25,284 bases of DNA from positions 1 to 25,284 of the forward strand of contig JAWOID010000028.1 of assembly GCA_046484865.1 (NCBI GenBank). Reading direction: 5' to 3'. A program made the translations under genes and the position numbers. This DNA is from Candidatus Krumholzibacteriia bacterium (GTDB lineage Bacteria > Krumholzibacteriota > Krumholzibacteriia > LZORAL124-64-63). Below, one piece after another: positions 20,053 through 25,284 of this stretch. The stretch's first letter is position 1; every line of letters starts with the position of its first letter. A model generated the notes under the pieces. It had not been told where the DNA came from. It searched no databases and saw only the letters and a program-made list of their open reading frames with translations.

Positions 20053-21513
20053 ATGTCCCCAGTTCATCGAGTCTGCAGCCGTGCGGTGAGCCTGCTACCG
20101 TTCGCTCTCGCGCTCGCGTTGCCGGCCCTGGCCGGCGCCGCCGTCGAGGAGCACCAGATGCTCGAGGGGCCGTTCGCGAGCGGTCCCGAGGTGACGGAAG
20201 CCTGCCTGATGTGCCACGAGGACGCCGCCTTCAACTTCATGAAGAGCAGCCACTGGACCTGGGAATCGCTCCAGAACTTCCCCGGACGGGGCGAGGTTCA
20301 GTACGGCAAGAAGACGGCCCTGAACAACTTCTGCATCGGCCTGCCGGGCAACTGGCCGCGCTGCACCAGTTGCCACGCCGGCTACGGCTGGGAGGACGCG
20401 AGCTTCGACTTCGCCGATCCACAGAAGGTCGACTGTCTGGTCTGCCACGACACCACCGGACAGTACCGCAAGTTCCCCACCGGCGCAGGCCATCCGGTGT
20501 ACGAGCCGAGGGAATGGGAGGGCGAGATCTGGCAGCCGGTCGACCTGGCCATGGTCGCCCGTAGCGTGGGAGCCCCTTCGCGCGAGAATTGCGGCGCCTG
20601 CCACTTCTTCGGCGGCGGCGGCAACGCCGTCAAGCACGGCGACCTGGACACCTCGCTGCTGGAGCCCCGGCGCACCTACGACGTGCACATGGGTGTCGAC
20701 GGCGCCGACATGACCTGCCAGGAGTGCCACCAGACCGAGAACCACCTCATCTCCGGCAATGCCCTGGTGGCCTCGCCCACGGGGTTCAATCACCTCGAAT
20801 GCACCGACTGCCACGACCTCGACGTGCACGACAAGAAGGTCCTGAACTGGCACGTGCAGACGGTCGCCTGCCAGGCTTGCCACATCCCGTCGTTCGCCAA
20901 GGAGCGCCCCACGAAGGTCTGGTGGGACTGGTCCACCGCCGGCGAGGACCGGCCGGTGGAAGAGGATGAGTACGGGCTGAAGACCTACGACAAGAAGAAG
21001 GGCACGTTCCGCTGGGAGAAGGACATCGTCCCCACCTACAGCTGGTACAACGGCTCGGCCGGCGTGCACCACCTCGGCGACAGGATGAGTCCCGAGGCGG
21101 TGACGCGGCTGAACTGGCCCAACGGATCGAAGCAGGACCTCAAGGCGCGGATCTACCCCTTCAAGGAGCATCGCGGCAAGCAGCCCTACGACAGCCAGCG
21201 GAACGTGTTCATCAATCCGAAGCTCTTCGGCCAGGGAGGCTACTGGAAGACCTTCGACTGGAAGAGCGCCTCGGCAGCGGGGATGCAGGCGGCCGGCCTG
21301 GAGTTCAGCGGCGAAGTCGACTTCGCCGAGACGGTGATGTACTGGAAGGTGAATCACATGGTGGTGCCGGCCGATCAGGCGCTGCAGTGCAACGACTGTC
21401 ACGCCCGCGACGGGTCCGGCCGCCTGGACTGGGCGAGTCTCGGGTACAAGAGAGATCCCATGCGGGAGCGCGGCCTCAGCCGGTTCTCCCTCGGCACGGT
21501 GTACGGGGACTAG
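20053..21513 (+). CDS. otr: Octaheme c-type cytochrome, tetrathionate reductase (Otr) family
   Basis: AAAGGAG RBS, Sec signal, eight CxxCH motifs (CLMCH, CTSCH, CLVCH, CGACH, CQECH, CTDCH, CQACH, CNDCH), and family motifs HWTW, GKKTALNNFCI, GGGGNAVKHGDLD, WDWSTAG, IYPFK.H.GKQPYD and NHMVVP. Confidence 0.95.
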   Translation: MSPVHRVCSRAVSLLPFALALALPALAGAAVEEHQMLEGPFASGPEVTEACLMCHEDAAFNFMKSSHWTWESLQNFPGRGEVQYGKKTALNNFCIGLPGNWPRCTSCHAGYGWEDASFDFADPQKVDCLVCHDTTGQYRKFPTGAGHPVYEPREWEGEIWQPVDLAMVARSVGAPSRENCGACHFFGGGGNAVKHGDLDTSLLEPRRTYDVHMGVDGADMTCQECHQTENHLISGNALVASPTGFNHLECTDCHDLDVHDKKVLNWHVQTVACQACHIPSFAKERPTKVWWDWSTAGEDRPVEEDEYGLKTYDKKKGTFRWEKDIVPTYSWYNGSAGVHHLGDRMSPEAVTRLNWPNGSKQDLKARIYPFKEHRGKQPYDSQRNVFINPKLFGQGGYWKTFDWKSASAAGMQAAGLEFSGEVDFAETVMYWKVNHMVVPADQALQCNDCHARDGSGRLDWASLGYKRDPMRERGLSRFSLGTVYGD

Positions 21514-21520
21514 CCGGACC

Positions 21521-21550
21521 GGCCGAGGACGGAGAGCAGCGCCCTCGGCC
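21521..21550. terminator. Possible hairpin between convergent otr and spermidine-synthase-like genes
   Basis: ggccgagg (21521-21528) and cctcggcc (21543-21550) inverted repeat; no U-tract. Confidence 0.3.
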
Positions 21551-21555
21551 TCGGC

Positions 21556-24414
21556 TCAGAACCCGCGAGCTCCGGAGAGCGTCGCGGACACCCGTTGCAG
21601 GTTCGCCTGCGCGGCCTGGTCCTGCGGGTCCAGGCTGAGGGCGGTCCGGAAGTGGTGAGCGGCCTCGGCGTGCCGCTGCAAGCCGGCGAGGGCGGCCCCC
21701 AGCGCGTTGTGCGCGGCCGCGTCGCGGGAATGCAGGGCCACGGCGCGCTCGAGATGCGCCACGGCGGCCGGCAGGTTGCGCTGGTTGTACAGGACCAGAC
21801 CCAGCCCCCGCCGCGAGGCCGCGCAGTCGGCGTCCATCGCCAGGCAGTCTCGGAACGCGGCGCCGGCCGCGGCGATCTGCCCCGCCTGCAGCAGGGCGAA
21901 TCCCTCCATGCGTCGGGCGGGCAAGCTGTGAGGGTTCGCCTCGCGAGCGCGACGGATCTCCTTCAGGGCCGCAGCAGGGTCCTGCAGCCCATGCAGTTCG
22001 GAGGCGCGGCGCAGGTGGGCGCCGGCCACCAGGTCGCGCAGATTCCAGCGCTGCACACGAGCGGCAGCGCCCAGTGCGACGCGATCCACGCTCCCCGCGA
22101 CGATGCTCTCCACGGCGCCGAGGTGATCGGACAGCAGGCGCGCCAGCTCGATCTCGCGCCGGTCCTCCGGGCGTACCCGTGCGGCGGCGTAGGAGAGGGC
22201 GGGACGGTCGTCGCGGTAGACGTCGGCGCCCGCAGCCAGCCGCGCCAGCTCCTGCGGGCCGCAGAAGAAGCCGCCCAGGAAGGCGCCCGGCCGGTTCAGG
22301 TGGAACTCGTGACCGCCCCAGGCGCTGTACTTCAGGTCCTGCGCCAGGCGCGGTTCGCGCAGCCGGTCCAGACTCGCCGCCTCCAGCCGCACACCAGCCG
22401 GCCCGCCCACCAGCAGCAGCTCGGACGTGTTGTACCAGAGCACGCTGCCGGGGAAGACGTCCAGGAAGGTGGCCACCAGCCGGCGCAGTTCCTCCGGTCC
22501 GAGGAACGCCAGCGGCACGAACTGCGACACCACGCCGTCCGGCCGCAGGCGCTCGCGCGCGCGCCCGTAGAACTCGCGGGTGTAGAAGCTCTCCACCCCG
22601 CTGCGGAAGATCTGGCCCACCTCGATCGAGATCACGTCGTACTCGCCGCGGCCGTGCACGAGGAAGTCGCGCCCGTCGTCGGTGACCAGGCGGACCCGCG
22701 GATCGTCCATCCAGGCGGAAGGGAAGTGCCGGCGCACGAATGCGAACAGCGCCGGCTCGATGTCGACGCAGTCCACCCGATCCACGTCGTGCAGGAGGAA
22801 GCGGCCGGCGGTCTGGCCGACCCCGGTGCCGATCACGAGCACCTCGCGAGCTCCCGAGTGCAGGAGCATGGGCACGTGCGCTGCCATGATCTGGTGGTTC
22901 TTGCGGTCGCTCCCCTGCCAGTGCCGGTCGATCTGCAACTCGCGCGTCTCGTCCACCCGCAGCACCGCCAGGGTGCTGGTGCGCCCCTCGCAGTGGTCGA
23001 TCAGGCGGCCCCGGCCGCGCAGGAAGTCGGCGGGGAGATCGACGTCCGCGGCAGCCGGGACGATGAGCCAGGCGGTCACCGCCGCCGCCGCCACGGCGAG
23101 CCGTGCCGGCAGACGCACCGGACCGGGCCATAGCAGCAGCGCCGCCACCGCCGCGGACACGCCAATCCCGGTGGTGACCAGCAGGGCGGTTTCCAGGCCC
23201 AGCCGCGGCAACAGCAGGAAACCCGTGAGCAACGCGCCGACGATGCCGCCGGCCGTGTTCAGGGCGGCCAGGCGCCCGATCCGCGAGGCCGCCAGGTCGG
23301 GCTGCTCCAGCACCATGCGCGCGGCCACCGGGAACAGGGCGCCCGACAGGACCGCCGGCGGCAGGAGCAGCACGAGGTAGGGCGCCACCCCCTCTCCGAG
23401 TCCGAGCCAGAACGTCGCCGGCCGCTGCAGCAGCACCAGCACGGAGAGGGCCGCCGCGGCCTGGAGTACGCCGAACAGCAGGCCCAGCGGCAGGCGACGA
23501 TCGCCCAGGCGCGCCGCCACCGCGCTGCCCATGACGATGCCCACGAGCACCACCGTGAGCGCGATGGTGTAGGTGTGGACGCTGTTGCGGAAGACCAGGG
23601 CCAGGAACCGGGTCCACAGGACCTCGCTTCCCAGCGCCGTCAGACCGGTCAGGAAGAAGAGGGCGCCGGCGAGAGCGAGACGGCGGCGGTGGGGTGGACT
23701 CGCCAGGGGTGCACGGGGGGGAAGTTCGTGCCCCATGACGCTCCGGGCCGCCGTCTCGTTCTCGGCCGGCGCCGCGTCGCGTCGTGAGGTCGTCCCGTCA
23801 AGATGCTCTGGACGCAGCCCGATCGCCGCCAGCCCCACGGCCACGTTCACCGCGGCCGCCAGCAGCACCGAGCCGAGGATCCCCAGGTGCGGCAGCAGCC
23901 AGAAGCCCGTGGCCGCCGCGCCAGCCGCCGCGCCGAGAGTATTCAAACCGTACAAAATCCCGACCGAGTTTGCAATGCGATCTTTGTGCCGAACGAACTG
24001 GCGGCAGAAGAGCGGCAGGGTGCCGCCCATGAGGATCGTCGGCGGCAGGAGCAGGAACCCGAGCAGCAGCAGCCGTATCCCGAAGAGCGCGAACTGGTCG
24101 CCGCCGACCGCCCGGTACGCCGCTCCGTAGATGGCCTCGGCCGCTCCGAACAGCATCGTGGCCGTCACCGCCGTGACGGCGACCCCGATCTCCACGAACC
24201 CGTAGACCCGCAGTGGACGCCGCGTGGCCTGCCCGATCCGCGCGAAGAGCCAGCTGCCGAGGGCCAGCCCCCCGAAGAACACCGCCAGCACTGCGCTGAC
24301 GGCCTCGACGGTGGCGCCGAAGGTCAGCGCCGAGCGTCGGATCCAGGCGATCTCGTACGCCAGGCCGGCGAAACCGGACAGAAAGAAGAGCAGGTGCGCC
24401 AGCGACGGCGTCAT
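21556..24414 (-). CDS. Fused multi-TM (MFS-like) / spermidine-synthase-like SAM-binding domain / TPR protein
   Basis: GGGAGA RBS; two repeated membrane halves (FLSGFAGLAYEIAW, LYGLNTLGAAAG; ALGSEVLWTR, AALNTAGGIVG); VLVIGTGVGQT, VDIEP, DDGRDFL and FYTREFY..LRPDG; C-terminal TPRs (AHNALGAALA, ALSLDP..AQANL). Confidence 0.9.
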   Translation of the reverse strand: MTPSLAHLLFFLSGFAGLAYEIAWIRRSALTFGATVEAVSAVLAVFFGGLALGSWLFARIGQATRRPLRVYGFVEIGVAVTAVTATMLFGAAEAIYGAAYRAVGGDQFALFGIRLLLLGFLLLPPTILMGGTLPLFCRQFVRHKDRIANSVGILYGLNTLGAAAGAAATGFWLLPHLGILGSVLLAAAVNVAVGLAAIGLRPEHLDGTTSRRDAAPAENETAARSVMGHELPPRAPLASPPHRRRLALAGALFFLTGLTALGSEVLWTRFLALVFRNSVHTYTIALTVVLVGIVMGSAVAARLGDRRLPLGLLFGVLQAAAALSVLVLLQRPATFWLGLGEGVAPYLVLLLPPAVLSGALFPVAARMVLEQPDLAASRIGRLAALNTAGGIVGALLTGFLLLPRLGLETALLVTTGIGVSAAVAALLLWPGPVRLPARLAVAAAAVTAWLIVPAAADVDLPADFLRGRGRLIDHCEGRTSTLAVLRVDETRELQIDRHWQGSDRKNHQIMAAHVPMLLHSGAREVLVIGTGVGQTAGRFLLHDVDRVDCVDIEPALFAFVRRHFPSAWMDDPRVRLVTDDGRDFLVHGRGEYDVISIEVGQIFRSGVESFYTREFYGRARERLRPDGVVSQFVPLAFLGPEELRRLVATFLDVFPGSVLWYNTSELLLVGGPAGVRLEAASLDRLREPRLAQDLKYSAWGGHEFHLNRPGAFLGGFFCGPQELARLAAGADVYRDDRPALSYAAARVRPEDRREIELARLLSDHLGAVESIVAGSVDRVALGAAARVQRWNLRDLVAGAHLRRASELHGLQDPAAALKEIRRAREANPHSLPARRMEGFALLQAGQIAAAGAAFRDCLAMDADCAASRRGLGLVLYNQRNLPAAVAHLERAVALHSRDAAAHNALGAALAGLQRHAEAAHHFRTALSLDPQDQAAQANLQRVSATLSGARGF

Positions 24415-24459
24415 GCGGTCTCCCGTCGGTGGGGGACGGGTGGTCCGACATCGCTTCGG

Positions 24460-24468
24460 AGCTTAGCA
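24460..24468 (-). promoter_or_regulatory. Extended -10 element
   Basis: TG-C-TAAGCT on the minus strand, ~45 nt upstream of ATG 24414. Confidence 0.4.
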
Positions 24469-24635
24469 AGAAAGACCATCGAGGTGGGAGATTTCCGGCG
24501 GCGACGGGTGGCCCCGGCGGCGGCTCGCGATGCGCAGCCACCGGCCGCCTGGTTGGCGACAGGCGGCCGGTGCGCGGCCGGCGACCGGCAGGCGGCGGCC
24601 GGCGGGCGGCGGGCGGCCCGGCATCGAGGCGGAAG

Positions 24636-25283
24636 CTACGTACCGGTGCCGGGGGCGGGGTGTCCCGGGCGCGCGCAGCCGGTGAGCCGGTTTCCGTCCA
24701 CCGACAGCTCGGCGCGCCAGGAATGCCAGTCGCCGGTCATGCCGTCGCGGCAAGGCTCCGGCGCGAGGCTGAGCGTGAGTCCACCCGGTCCGCCGTCCGC
24801 GGAATCCCGCACGGCCTCGTAGACCCGCCCCCCGCCGGCGTGGCTCGCCGTCAGTTCGGAGAACCGGACCCCGTCGGGCTGTTCGGGCGTGCGGAACACG
24901 GCTCCGTCCTTGCGGATCTCGACCTGCCAGCCCGGCTCCTGGCCCCGGGCGACCATCTCCACGCCGGCCAGATCCTCCTCGCAGCCCCGGCCTTCCCCGA
25001 AGCCGACGAAGAGCAGGTGACTGACCAGCACCACGCCCGCCACTTCCGAGGGGCTGTCGCCCGCCGGCCCCGGCCCCGTCTCGCCCATGAACTCCAGGTA
25101 CGCGGGACGGTCGTCTCCCGCTTCGCGGGCCACCAGGCCGGCCAGACCGAGGGTCGTCCTGTCGGCGAGCAGGAAGCGATCGTCACTGCCGCCTGGCGTG
25201 AACACCAGCCCGGGCGCCTCCTGGACGACTGTCCCCCGCAGCAGACGGGGTTGATCGCCTCCGATCTCCTCCGCAGGGGTCTG
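24636..25283 (-). CDS. COG3650-like exported/lipoprotein-type protein, 5' end outside the window
   Basis: Frame is open to the window edge; ARGQEPGWQVEI and PCRDGMTG...LTGCA motifs are typical of this domain. Confidence 0.75.
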   Translation of the reverse strand, partial: QTPAEEIGGDQPRLLRGTVVQEAPGLVFTPGGSDDRFLLADRTTLGLAGLVAREAGDDRPAYLEFMGETGPGPAGDSPSEVAGVVLVSHLLFVGFGEGRGCEEDLAGVEMVARGQEPGWQVEIRKDGAVFRTPEQPDGVRFSELTASHAGGGRVYEAVRDSADGGPGGLTLSLAPEPCRDGMTGDWHSWRAELSVDGNRLTGCARPGHPAPGTGT

Positions 25284-25284
25284 C

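Overview
High-GC (~70%) bacterial chromosomal segment with about 19 genes. I saw no rRNA, tRNA, CRISPR array or transposase. In order: (i) a System II cytochrome c maturation pair, a CcsB/ResB-like gene plus the 5' part of a CcsA-type gene that is cut at ~nt 232 by a lower-GC, apparently foreign sequence; (ii) an exported tricorn (S41) protease divergent from a YfcC-family transporter, an outer-membrane beta-barrel and a SAM methyltransferase; (iii) a DUF4097 repeat protein, an EamA/DMT transporter and a 51-aa membrane protein; (iv) a compact divergent RiPP-like cassette (NTP_transf_5 nucleotidyltransferase <- -> soluble S26-like Ser/His peptidase, HprK-related P-loop kinase, stand-alone PqqD/RRE) with no cyclase, radical SAM enzyme or clear precursor; (v) an AbgT transporter, a secreted Cys/Asp-rich protein ending in a TWSxVKxxYR motif, a Cys-rich hypothetical protein divergent from an octaheme tetrathionate-reductase-family cytochrome, a fused membrane/spermidine-synthase-like/TPR protein and a 5'-truncated COG3650-like gene. 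The best leads are the orphan RRE/kinase/peptidase/nucleotidyltransferase cassette and the putative C-terminal sorting motif. A Krumholzibacteriota/Latescibacterota-like source is an inference only. All family calls come from motif recognition by eye; no searches were run.
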